Below are positions 1-8,689 of a stretch of DNA of 64,000 bases, piece after piece. The DNA comes from Candidatus Zixiibacteriota bacterium (GTDB taxonomy: Bacteria > Zixibacteria > MSB-5A5 > GN15 > JAAZOE01), in the NCBI GenBank assembly GCA_023138975.1, contig JAGLON010000002.1, positions 138,378-202,377 of the forward strand, in the 5' to 3' direction. Both the position numbers and the translations under genes were made by a program. Under the pieces are notes generated by a model that was given only the letters and a program-made list of their open reading frames with translations, was not told where the DNA came from and ran no database searches. The first letter of the stretch is position 1. The number at the start of each line of letters is the position of its first letter.

Positions 1-2236
1 CATCAATCCGATACGGATTGGGATAGACGGTAACCTTCAGCCGTTCATGTTCCACAGTTGCGACGGAGGGCAGTGGATAAGCCACAATATCATTGTCCAA
101 AAGAGAACTTTCTAAAGCCGAGAGTTTATGTGTCCGACTGCCGTAATCAAAGGCTGTCACTGACACAAACTGTTTCCGTGTCGGCTGGAGGTTGTCAATG
201 ATATACTCGTATTCATAGAAGCGATGAAAACCCTCGTCAGTAGTATCACTTGAGTCGCTAATATCCGCATCAGGGTATGCCTTGTGAATTCCATAAGGAC
301 TTGAGAGGTCGTCATCGTTCCAGTTGACCGGAGTAAAATAAGTATAGAGTCCGGTCGGGTTGCGAGGGTCGTCGGCTCTGAGTGAATTTTGTTCGGTATA
401 AAGCTCGGGATCAAAGTCAGGCCCGTATATTAAAACTAATGAATCAAAATCAAGAGGGGCATGAGAAACTTCCCATCGCTGTCGAAGAGGCTGCCATTGA
501 TAGCGGTTATAGTTGCGTTTGTCATAGGTAGCAACGAGGATAAAATCAGACCGGCGATTGCCGTCACCGATATATACCTTGTATCCCTCAAAATCCTTTT
601 CTCCCGAAAAGATGTCCACGAAGTTTTCAGAATTCTGCCCGTTCCAGCGAAGAATGAGTTTTCCATAATCGGGAGTTACGGCCAAACGGGGTGATGGCGG
701 CGGAGCAGCTCCGCGAAAATCCGGAACACCGTCGCCTCGATAATACTCATAGTTGGAGTCGGTACTGTCAATATTGTAGAACCATTTCGCCAGGCCGGAA
801 TCGCCATCGCCATCGGTATCGTAGCCGGGATTATCATAAATCCAGTCAGCCCAGATTGAGTTGAGGCCCAAATCACTGTAGTCGAGCTGGTTCATGTACG
901 GCCAGGGATTATAGGAGTCGAATAAATCATCATAGGCTCTCGGACTGTGGTGAAAATCCTCTCCGGCAATATAGGCCATTGTGACCGGCAGGGTTTGTCC
1001 CGGTGTCACGTCAAAGGGACCGAAGCTTAACAAATATATGGGATTGTGTCCGTCGGCAAAGTCCTCGGCATTCCGGGGAGGATTCAGCCAATTTTCTCCT
1101 GAGTGTGATACGGCGCATTCCAACTGGTCATAATCAAATTCGGGTGTGCTGAGGATGTAATATTTATTCCTGTCACCAACTGCCGAGCCGAAAGTCGGTC
1201 CGAAACTTCTAAACGGCTTTTCCTCAGTAACCTGCCGGGGACCCCAATCCAGTGATGCGTTAAAATTCGTTATCCACCAGTTGAATGAATAATTGAGAGT
1301 ATCCGAAGGGGTACGGATGACTCGTACTCCGGTAACACTGGTGGCCGAGGTTCCGTCAAAAAAGCGGCCGTTGGGGTCGCCGTCGTTGTCAGCTACCCAG
1401 GCAACCCGGACGGTGTCGGTATAGCCGGGCCAAAATGGCGAAGGAATCGTTTCCTTGTATCCGCAAATATCGTCGCGCCAGGTTTCATCAGCCCCCGATT
1501 TGGAAGTATGGAATACGATCGCTTCAATCACGATGCCGATATAGAGCTTCTTGATGGGATAGGGGCCGATGTTTTTTATTTCAAAATCAAATAAAATAAA
1601 ATCCTCAGCATACGGATAACTCCAGGCATATGTTTTTTGCGAAATATCAAGATTCAGCGGTTGGTGGGGACGATTATCTATCGGGTCTTCACGGATTAAA
1701 GCGGGATTGGTGACGGTGTCGGTGTAGTGGGCAATAATATCTTCTTCGGAGACAGCATCGAGAGCATAGTTGCGGGAAAATGGTTGATTAGATTTTCGAA
1801 TGATTGCGGCACCATCGTCTGAATTAGGCCAAAGCTCCATATTGTAATAGTACATTCCAGCGCCGATGGATACGAGAGTATCGTGACCTACGATAGCGCC
1901 AAACCAAAGCGCTCCGGTCCAGAGGTATTCGATATTGGAATTTATCGGGTATATACAAGACCGCGCACTCTTTCCGGTTTCCGGATCAACTGGACGCCCG
2001 CGGAAGTATCCTGTACCAAAAAAGCCGTTATTAGTCACGGCCAGAGCCATCCGATTAATTTTGTGGACTTCGACTCCGGTTCGGGGAAGTTCACTCAACG
2101 CATTGGTGTTTTGCTTCTCTGTTTTTATCTTATTTAGCTCGATTCGGGCCATTGCAGGTGCATTCTGCAACGGTACCCAGAGAATTAAAGAAAGAGCAAG
2201 AGTATGAATTATCTGTTGAAGTCTATAAGCTGTCAT
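1..2236 (-). CDS. Large secreted protein of unknown function, 3' end cut by the window edge. It has an FN3-like segment, and its last visible residues (VTVYPNPYRID) resemble the start of a T9SS/FlgD-Ig-like C-terminal domain.
   Basis: My own minus-strand translation from the ATG at 2236 (MTAYRLQQIIHTLALSLILWVPLQNAPA..., signal-peptide-like) stays open to position 1, about 745 codons. It is absent from the supplied track because there is no stop in the window. The track ORFs at 157-876 (-) and 1883-2207 (+) are other-frame shadows. Confidence 0.7.
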   Translation of the reverse strand, partial: MTAYRLQQIIHTLALSLILWVPLQNAPAMARIELNKIKTEKQNTNALSELPRTGVEVHKINRMALAVTNNGFFGTGYFRGRPVDPETGKSARSCIYPINSNIEYLWTGALWFGAIVGHDTLVSIGAGMYYYNMELWPNSDDGAAIIRKSNQPFSRNYALDAVSEEDIIAHYTDTVTNPALIREDPIDNRPHQPLNLDISQKTYAWSYPYAEDFILFDFEIKNIGPYPIKKLYIGIVIEAIVFHTSKSGADETWRDDICGYKETIPSPFWPGYTDTVRVAWVADNDGDPNGRFFDGTSATSVTGVRVIRTPSDTLNYSFNWWITNFNASLDWGPRQVTEEKPFRSFGPTFGSAVGDRNKYYILSTPEFDYDQLECAVSHSGENWLNPPRNAEDFADGHNPIYLLSFGPFDVTPGQTLPVTMAYIAGEDFHHSPRAYDDLFDSYNPWPYMNQLDYSDLGLNSIWADWIYDNPGYDTDGDGDSGLAKWFYNIDSTDSNYEYYRGDGVPDFRGAAPPPSPRLAVTPDYGKLILRWNGQNSENFVDIFSGEKDFEGYKVYIGDGNRRSDFILVATYDKRNYNRYQWQPLRQRWEVSHAPLDFDSLVLIYGPDFDPELYTEQNSLRADDPRNPTGLYTYFTPVNWNDDDLSSPYGIHKAYPDADISDSSDTTDEGFHRFYEYEYIIDNLQPTRKQFVSVTAFDYGSRTHKLSALESSLLDNDIVAYPLPSVATVEHERLKVTVYPNPYRID

Positions 2237-2337
2237 GCCGGATAATATACATAAAAAGCCTACAAAAGCACAGAAGACTTATTACAGCTCAATACTTATT
2301 ATAAAAGATACTTAAACAAAATAGTTATATATACGTC

Positions 2338-2367
2338 TTGACAATAGAAGAATAACTATGTTATATA
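2338..2367 (+). promoter_or_regulatory. Sigma70-like promoter candidate
   Basis: TTGACA at 2338-2343, then a 17-18 nt spacer, then TTATAT/TATATA. It lies about 55 nt upstream of the ATG at 2422. Confidence 0.35.
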
Positions 2368-2421
2368 GATATACTATTGTCATAGTATCATCGGAAGCGC
2401 TTTCACATCGAGGGACATATT

Positions 2422-3465
2422 ATGAAAACAATCTCCATCAAAGCTCTGATAGCGGTAAGCGGGCTGATAATCGCGCTGATAGCATCCGGATCCGGATGCG
2501 GCAAGAAACCGACCGACCCACCGCCACCACCAGAAGAACATCTCTTTTATGTGGCCAGCAGATTGGCTGACAACAGATCGATAGTGAAAACTTTCTCTGT
2601 GGAGCAAGAAGCTTTCATCGATTCCTTTACTATTGATAGTTTTGAAGTCTATGATATGGCGGTCGTGGGAAATGATGAAAAACTCATATTGGCTGGCCGA
2701 ACGGGCGTGCGTTTTTATGATCTTACAAGAAAAGAGATAATTCTCTCTACGATTGAGTATTGTTGTTTGATACAAACGTCAGTCAATTCAGAGTATTATA
2801 AATCTTTTGCTGATGGGACGAAGTTATTTAGAACTGATAATTATCAGGAATTTTATTTTGATACCAGTTCTTTCGGTTCCGGGCATTTCTGCTATAATTC
2901 CGAGTACTACATTTACAATAAAGACAGCAACGTAGTGTCATACAATATCAACGGAGATTCTATAGAACATTCTTTTAAATTAACCCGAAATGGATCGCTT
3001 TTCAGAGTTTATAATATTTGGCCTACAGTCGATATGAAGAAACTGTTTCTTATCGGGAATCAAGGACATCTTCTTTATTTCGCAGTCACCGATTTCGGTA
3101 AAGATTCTGTTCGGGTCCTACAGGCACCTTTGAGAACATGGGGCGAAGACGCGGCCGTCAGTCCGGACGGTAGATATATTTATTTCGTCAACACTCCCTA
3201 CACAGACGCAGAGATGCCGAGAATGAAGATTGATGTATATGATGTGGAAACAGAGCAGTTAGTGACATCAATAACTACATTGGTGCAAGATTTTTGGGAA
3301 CCGGAGCACATTGCGTTAACTTCCGACGGTAAATACTTGATGGCAACACCTTGGAGCATGGGCGGATACCATATTTTATTAATAGATGCGAAGGGTTTTA
3401 AAGTTATTGGTAGCTACCAATTTGGCGATCAAACAATACCGGAAACAGTTTGCACTAAAAAATGA
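2422..3465 (+). CDS. Lipoprotein with beta-propeller-type repeats (YVTN/lactonase-like)
   Basis: Lipobox-like N-terminus (LIASGSGC GKKPTDPPPPPEE). Repeated SPDGRYIYFVN / TSDGKYLMATP motifs are typical of beta-propeller blades. Confidence 0.6.
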   Translation: MKTISIKALIAVSGLIIALIASGSGCGKKPTDPPPPPEEHLFYVASRLADNRSIVKTFSVEQEAFIDSFTIDSFEVYDMAVVGNDEKLILAGRTGVRFYDLTRKEIILSTIEYCCLIQTSVNSEYYKSFADGTKLFRTDNYQEFYFDTSSFGSGHFCYNSEYYIYNKDSNVVSYNINGDSIEHSFKLTRNGSLFRVYNIWPTVDMKKLFLIGNQGHLLYFAVTDFGKDSVRVLQAPLRTWGEDAAVSPDGRYIYFVNTPYTDAEMPRMKIDVYDVETEQLVTSITTLVQDFWEPEHIALTSDGKYLMATPWSMGGYHILLIDAKGFKVIGSYQFGDQTIPETVCTKK

Positions 3466-3481
3466 TAGAGGAGGAAATAGA

Positions 3482-5338
3482 ATGAGAAATATTCAGAAAC
3501 TATTCATGGTTGGATTTGCAGTTATTATATTGAGCGGTAACGTATTGGCTCAATATTACTATTCGGATAATCGGCAAGTGCCGTTACTAGTAGATTCCAA
3601 CAAAATAACAATATTATTCTCCGACGAGGTGTTTTTGGATACAATTGGGCAATATGCAAATTATTATAATCGGATAAATTCTTTAATTGAAGATGAAGAG
3701 AGTATTGGGGATTTTCAGACATTTGCACTCAATTCTTCAATCGGGTATAGTGAGTTCACTGATACATTGAGAAGCAGTGCCAGTGTAAAAATGGTAAATC
3801 CTTATTACATGTGTGCTCCCGGAGAAAATTTTTTAGTTGGGGAGTCATTCTGCTGTAAGTTTCAAGAATCTACATCATACTTTTTTATAGACAGCCTAAA
3901 TGATGCCAACGGAGTTGAAATAGTTTATGAAAAGAACTATGCACCCAAAGAGTATTTATTGAAAGTCAATGCAAATGCCGTAATGCCAACTCTTGAAATG
4001 GCTAACTATTACTATGAGCTTTCAGAAGTAGAGTTTTCACATCCTGATTTTCTTGGGGGAATTGTATTAGACGGTACTCCGGTTTACGATTATTACTGGT
4101 CAAATCAATGGGCAATGCAGCGAGTCTTTAATACTTCAGCCTCACAACCGGAAATTACCGCCTTTGAAATAACGGCTGGAAGTCCTGATATAGTCGTTGC
4201 TGTACTGGACGATGGTGTTGCGGTGCATGAAGATATACCGGCATCAAGAATATTGCAGGGGTATGATTTTGCCTGTGGGGATGATACACCTGTTCCTTGT
4301 AATAATCCGGGATACGGTTATCACGGGCAGGCATGCGCCGGTATAATAGGAGCCGGATATACGGTTGATTCATTATCAGCCAATGATCCCAACACGGGTG
4401 TCTGTGGTGTCGCGCCTAATTGCAGGATACTACCCATAAAAATTATGTCAAGTTTTGATTCATTGTATACTGAATGTTGCCACGGTATTTCCGTATCAGT
4501 TATGGGAAGAGCGATAGATACGGCGTGGATTATGGGTGCTGATATACTGGCAAGTAGCTGGCACTATAATGTCCCTGTGGATATTGTTCATCAAGCAACA
4601 TGGCGGGCATCCTATTATGGCCGGGACGGAAAGGGGTGCGGTATATTCCATTCCACAGGTAACACTTATAGCGGGAATACTACCTATCCTGGCATAATGT
4701 ATCAGGTAATATCGGTTGGTTCGATAGACCCTGATGACAGAATATGGAGCTACAGTAATTATAGTAAAGTCGATGTCGTAGCACCCGGTGGTTCCTTCAT
4801 AGCTCATGTGGATAAAATATGGACAACTGATCAGATGGGTGAACTGGGCGGTAACAGAACCGGTGATGCTTATGATTGCGGTCCGACAGATGATGTCAAT
4901 TACCTGTGTAGCTTTGCCGGCACTTCATCAGCCCAGCCGGTAGCCGCTGGTGTTGGAGCCTTGGTTTTATCCAGAAGACCGGAGTTGACAAATTACCAAT
5001 TAAGAGAAGTAATAAAGAACTCAGCCGACCCGGAGATGTCTATTTCTATTACAAGCCCGCCTCATCAAAAGTATGGTTATGGGATGGTACATCCGCTACG
5101 GGCGTTACTGGCGGTAACTCGTGGTGATGCCAACAACGATGGAAGAGTAAATGTTGGTGATGCTGTGTATCTGGTTAACCATGTATTTCAGGGGGGGCCG
5201 GCGGCTCTTCCGGATTTCAGAACCGGCGATGCCAATTGTGACGGTACAATAAACGTTGGCGATACGGTTTATCTGATAAACTTTATTTTCAAAGGCGGTC
5301 CACCACCACCTCTTTGTTATGAATATGATTACAATTAG
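3482..5338 (+). CDS. Secreted subtilisin-like serine peptidase (S8) with two C-terminal dockerin-type Ca-binding repeats
   Basis: Catalytic triad motifs VAVLDDGV (D), HGQACAGIIGA (H) and GTSSAQPVAAG (S). C-terminal repeats GDANNDGRVNVGDAVYLVNHVF and GDANCDGTINVGDTVYLINFIF. Start moved to the ATG at 3482 (MRNIQKLFMVGFAVIILSGNVLAQ signal peptide) behind a GAGGAGG RBS; the track ORF starts at 3386. Confidence 0.85.
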   Translation: MRNIQKLFMVGFAVIILSGNVLAQYYYSDNRQVPLLVDSNKITILFSDEVFLDTIGQYANYYNRINSLIEDEESIGDFQTFALNSSIGYSEFTDTLRSSASVKMVNPYYMCAPGENFLVGESFCCKFQESTSYFFIDSLNDANGVEIVYEKNYAPKEYLLKVNANAVMPTLEMANYYYELSEVEFSHPDFLGGIVLDGTPVYDYYWSNQWAMQRVFNTSASQPEITAFEITAGSPDIVVAVLDDGVAVHEDIPASRILQGYDFACGDDTPVPCNNPGYGYHGQACAGIIGAGYTVDSLSANDPNTGVCGVAPNCRILPIKIMSSFDSLYTECCHGISVSVMGRAIDTAWIMGADILASSWHYNVPVDIVHQATWRASYYGRDGKGCGIFHSTGNTYSGNTTYPGIMYQVISVGSIDPDDRIWSYSNYSKVDVVAPGGSFIAHVDKIWTTDQMGELGGNRTGDAYDCGPTDDVNYLCSFAGTSSAQPVAAGVGALVLSRRPELTNYQLREVIKNSADPEMSISITSPPHQKYGYGMVHPLRALLAVTRGDANNDGRVNVGDAVYLVNHVFQGGPAALPDFRTGDANCDGTINVGDTVYLINFIFKGGPPPPLCYEYDYN

Positions 5339-5363
5339 GCCGTAAGAGAATCTTGCAAAAATC

Positions 5364-5395
5364 AAAAAACCCCGCCGAAAAGCGAGGTTTTTTTG
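5364..5395. terminator. Bidirectional rho-independent terminator between convergent genes
   Basis: A-run, imperfect stem CCCCGC/GCGAGG, then a T7 run (aaaaaaccccgccgaaaagcgaggttttttt). Confidence 0.6.
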
Positions 5396-5428
5396 TGTTC
5401 AGTTTTATAAATCGAAACAGGCAAATGA

Positions 5429-6175
5429 CTATTTTTTGCCGTCTTTTTTGCCGTCTTTCTTGTCGTCTTTCTTGTCGCCATCTTTTTTATCTTTATCATC
5501 ACCTTCTTTGGCTTCGCCTTCTTTAGCTTCGCCTTCACCTTCAGCGCCTTCTTCACCTTCAGCGCCTTCTTCGCCTTCGATTTCTTCATCTTCAGCAACA
5601 GTAGGCTCCTTGATGACCGTCGGGGCGACGACCGTGACGATGGTGCGAACCGGATCGGTTAAAATATCTATACCCTGCGCATCAATTTCGGAAACATGGA
5701 TAGAATCGCCGACTCCGAGGGCCTCAATGTCTATGACTATTTCCTCAGGAATTGCGGTCGGTAGACACGAAATTTCGATTTCGCGGCGAATCATGGATAC
5801 GATTCCGCCGAAGTTTTTTACACCGTCAGGAATACCTACGGTGCGGACAGGAATAGTCAGCGTAATCGGTTTGCTCATATCAATATTGCGGAAATCAATA
5901 TGAAGAAGATCTCCGGAAACCGGGTCTTTCTGCAATTCCCGAATAATGACCGGCCGGGCCGGGCCGTCATCGCCTTCGATATCCAGATTGATAATGGAAG
6001 ACAAAGATTTGCCATGCATTATGCCGTACAGTTCACGAAAATCAATTTTAATCGCAATAGGCTCAATATCAGGACCATAAACCACTGCGGGAATGTTGCC
6101 GTCGCTTCTCAGGCGCCGGTTGGGACCTTTGCCCACCTCGTCTCTTTTTTGGACTTTCAGATTCAGCTCTTTCAT
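5429..6175 (-). CDS. rplY: Ribosomal protein L25 / general stress protein Ctc, with a long charged low-complexity C-terminal tail
   Basis: N-terminus MKELNLKVQKRDEVGKGPNRRLRSDGNIPAVVYG is typical of L25/Ctc. It sits next to prs, as in many bacteria. Confidence 0.85.
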   Translation of the reverse strand: MKELNLKVQKRDEVGKGPNRRLRSDGNIPAVVYGPDIEPIAIKIDFRELYGIMHGKSLSSIINLDIEGDDGPARPVIIRELQKDPVSGDLLHIDFRNIDMSKPITLTIPVRTVGIPDGVKNFGGIVSMIRREIEISCLPTAIPEEIVIDIEALGVGDSIHVSEIDAQGIDILTDPVRTIVTVVAPTVIKEPTVAEDEEIEGEEGAEGEEGAEGEGEAKEGEAKEGDDKDKKDGDKKDDKKDGKKDGKK

Positions 6176-6205
6176 CTATTCAAACCTCCAGAAATATTGT
6201 CACCT

Positions 6206-7150
6206 CTATTCTCTAAACATAATTGAGACCGACGCATCGGTTTCGATCCTGTCTATAGACTCGGCAAACGTTTCCGCACAACTTAAAATTACAAATTTAT
6301 CAGAAAGGTTCCGGTTCGAATTATCAATCGAATCGGAAATAATTACTTTTTCAATCGGGGAGTTATCAATTTTTTCCAGAGCTTCTCCGGAGAGTACTCC
6401 ATGAGCGGTACAAGCGAATATTTTACCGCAGCCGTTAGCCTTGAGAGCTGTGGCGGCAGCTGCCAGGGTGCCGGCGGTATCGATCATATCATCACGGATA
6501 ATAACGTCGCAACCGTCAACTTCACCAATAATATTAACGACCTCGGCCTGATTCTGAACCGGACGACGTTTATCGATAATGGCCAGATTAGCATGCATCG
6601 TTTTAGCAAATGAACGGGCGACTTTAATCGAACCAACATCAGGACTGACGACGACTAAATTCTTGGTGGGGATTTCTTTCAGGAAGCCGTTGAATATGAT
6701 AGACGAGTACAGGTGATCTACCGGTATCGTAAAAAATCCCTGAATCTGAGCGGCATGAAGATCCATCGTGATTACCCGGTTGGCTCCGGCTGAAACTAAT
6801 AAGTCAGCGATCAGCTTGGCGCCAATACAAACCCGGGGCATTTCTTTCCGGTCGGATCGAGAGTATCCATAATAGGGGATAACGGCGGTAATGTTCTTCG
6901 CCGAGGCTCTCCTGGAGGCTTCGATGAGCATTAACAACTCAAGGATGTTTTCCGCGGGAGGGTTAGTCGGCTGAATAATGAAAACATTTGCTCCGCGAAT
7001 GTTCTCATTAATCTGCACAAAGACTTCGCCGTCAGAAAAGAGCTTCATCTCCGTATTGCACAGAGGAACATTCAATTTGCGGGCAATTGCAATGCCCAGC
7101 GGCCTGTTAGCCGACCCACAGATGATGCGTACATGTTTATTATTTAGCAT
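6206..7150 (-). CDS. prs: Ribose-phosphate pyrophosphokinase
   Basis: 314 aa. Motifs: FSDGEVFVQINENIRG, VIPYYGYSRSDRK, DLHAAQIQGFF, and the PRPP-binding loop IIRDDMIDTAGT. Confidence 0.9.
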   Translation of the reverse strand: MLNNKHVRIICGSANRPLGIAIARKLNVPLCNTEMKLFSDGEVFVQINENIRGANVFIIQPTNPPAENILELLMLIEASRRASAKNITAVIPYYGYSRSDRKEMPRVCIGAKLIADLLVSAGANRVITMDLHAAQIQGFFTIPVDHLYSSIIFNGFLKEIPTKNLVVVSPDVGSIKVARSFAKTMHANLAIIDKRRPVQNQAEVVNIIGEVDGCDVIIRDDMIDTAGTLAAAATALKANGCGKIFACTAHGVLSGEALEKIDNSPIEKVIISDSIDNSNRNLSDKFVILSCAETFAESIDRIETDASVSIMFRE

Positions 7151-7243
7151 TATCTATTTTCCGCTCGCCAATTACCCTGATAAAAAACCCGCCGTCGGTT
7201 CTCGCTGAAACCTTAGGCAGGCGAACCATAGTTACTATCTATC

Positions 7244-7318
7244 TGGCTGGGGCGGCAGGATTCGAACCTGCGAATGCAAGCTCCAAAGGCTTGTGTCTTA
7301 CCGCTTGACGACGCCCCA
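7244..7318 (-). tRNA. tRNA-Gln (anticodon UUG), CCA encoded
   Basis: The reverse complement TGGGGCGTCGTCAAGCGGTAAGACACAAGCCTTTGGAGCTTGCATTCGCAGGTTCGAATCCTGCCGCCCCAGCCA folds as a cloverleaf: acceptor TGGGGCG/CGCCCCA, anticodon stem CAAGC/GCTTG with loop CTTTGGA, and T-arm GCAGG-TTCGAAT-CCTGC. Confidence 0.9.
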
Positions 7319-7328
7319 AAAATTTTTC

Positions 7329-7604
7329 TTAAACTTGTTGAGCAGTCGAGGCTTTCAATTCAACTTCGTAAGCCTCAAGTACTTTCTCCTCAATTTTTCT
7401 CCGAGTCTCGTTATTGATCGGATGGCAAATATCCTGATGCGATCCATCCGGCCGTTTACGACTCGGCATTGACACAAAATATCCCGAATTACCGGCAATT
7501 ATCTTGAGCCCACGCACAACGAAGGAATTGTCAAAGGTTACATTTGCAAACCCCTTCAACTTTTCCTCATTTCGTAACGTAATCCTGATCTCTGTGATTT
7601 CCAC
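7329..7604 (-). CDS. spoVG: Septation protein SpoVG
   Basis: MEITEIRITLRNEEKLKGFANVTFDNSFVVRGLKIIAGNSGYFVSMPSRKRPDGSHQDICHPIN matches the SpoVG family pattern. Confidence 0.85.
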   Translation of the reverse strand: MEITEIRITLRNEEKLKGFANVTFDNSFVVRGLKIIAGNSGYFVSMPSRKRPDGSHQDICHPINNETRRKIEEKVLEAYEVELKASTAQQV

Positions 7605-7640
7605 GGCTGCTTCCTCCCGCTGTTAATCGGTTAGCTCACC

Positions 7641-8597
7641 TTAATGCGGTAGAATTACAGGATTCGCGAATCGCCAATCCAATCCTTTCCCCACAAAGGA
7701 CGATGCGAATTCTTTCTCTAAAAGAGCGTCATTATCAAACAAGGCAAACACAGTCGGGCCGCTACCACTAAGCCTGACGACCCCTGCCCGAGTGTTTGCT
7801 AATTTATCATTTATCTCACCCAATAACGGATGAGCGCTGCGCAGTGCTCTTTCTAAATCGTTCGCAACATCGGAAATCACTTCAAATAACTCTGATGCCT
7901 TCCGGCAACAAGTAAAGTTACAATTATCCAGTGGTTCTGTCAAGTCTAATTTAAGTCTTTCATAGGCTTCCGAGGCTCGAATCGCAAATCGGGGAGTCAC
8001 TAAGAGTACCCAATAATCAGTGGGTAAAACGATGTTTTTCACGATTTCACCACGGCCGGAGACCTCCGCCTGCCCGCTACTGAAGAAAAATGGGACATCA
8101 GAGCCTATTTTTTGCCCGATTTTGGACATTTTTTGACTCGACAGACCGAGATTAAACAGCCGGTTGAGCCCTTTAATTGCAGAGGCAGCATCGGATGAAC
8201 CACCTCCCAGACCGGCCGCGACCGGGATATTCTTCTCCAGATTGATCTGAAATCCGGAATCGAGAGAAAATCTGTCCTGCATTAGCCGGATGGCTTTGCA
8301 AACCAGATTGCTTTCGTCTTCGGGAACATCTGGATGGTTTGTTTTAATCTTGATATCATTTCCGGGGATTTTGGTGATTTTAATAGAGTCAGCCAAGTCA
8401 AGAGCCTGAAACCAGGAAAATATATTATGATAACCGTCCGGACGTTTCCCGGTAACTTTTAGAAAGAGGTTAATTTTCGCAGGAGCGTCTATATCAATAG
8501 TCAGACCAGAATCAGCAATTTTTCCGGTATAGCAGTTTCTATTATTAGGAGTAGTTTTCATGATTGATAGTATAAAGTTTTTCCGGCCAAAGTTCAA
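7641..8597 (-). CDS. ispE: 4-diphosphocytidyl-2-C-methyl-D-erythritol kinase
   Basis: APAKINLFLKVTGKRPDGYH and PVAAGLGGGSSDAA (GHMP kinase motif). The start is uncertain: ATG at 8597 or 8561. Either leaves an unusually long N-terminal lead before APAKINL. Confidence 0.85.
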   Translation of the reverse strand: MNFGRKNFILSIMKTTPNNRNCYTGKIADSGLTIDIDAPAKINLFLKVTGKRPDGYHNIFSWFQALDLADSIKITKIPGNDIKIKTNHPDVPEDESNLVCKAIRLMQDRFSLDSGFQINLEKNIPVAAGLGGGSSDAASAIKGLNRLFNLGLSSQKMSKIGQKIGSDVPFFFSSGQAEVSGRGEIVKNIVLPTDYWVLLVTPRFAIRASEAYERLKLDLTEPLDNCNFTCCRKASELFEVISDVANDLERALRSAHPLLGEINDKLANTRAGVVRLSGSGPTVFALFDNDALLEKEFASSFVGKGLDWRFANPVILPH

Positions 8598-8689
8598 GTC
8601 AGCGAGGAATAATCTGTTGACTTTCTTACGTTTTCGATGTTTTATTAGTTCCTACAGGTGAGAAATAATCTTCAGACAGGAGAGCTATA

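Noticed and set aside
3386-3481. N-terminal extensions given by the ORF track. The loci are 3386 for the protease, 29398 for menE, 42894 for the vWA lipoprotein, 47212 for the PDZ protein, 60614 for the TPR protein, 20071 for the PEP-CTERM protein, 35786 for atpE and 44878 for the RAYT.
   Set aside because: In each case an internal ATG is preceded by a good RBS and followed directly by a signal peptide or the conserved N-terminus. The extension overlaps the upstream gene or lacks an RBS.
5362-5598. A Lys-rich 78-aa minus-strand ORF (MLKMKKSKAKKALKVKK...).
   Set aside because: It is an alternative frame of the repetitive rplY tail region, so its composition is an artefact of the repeats.
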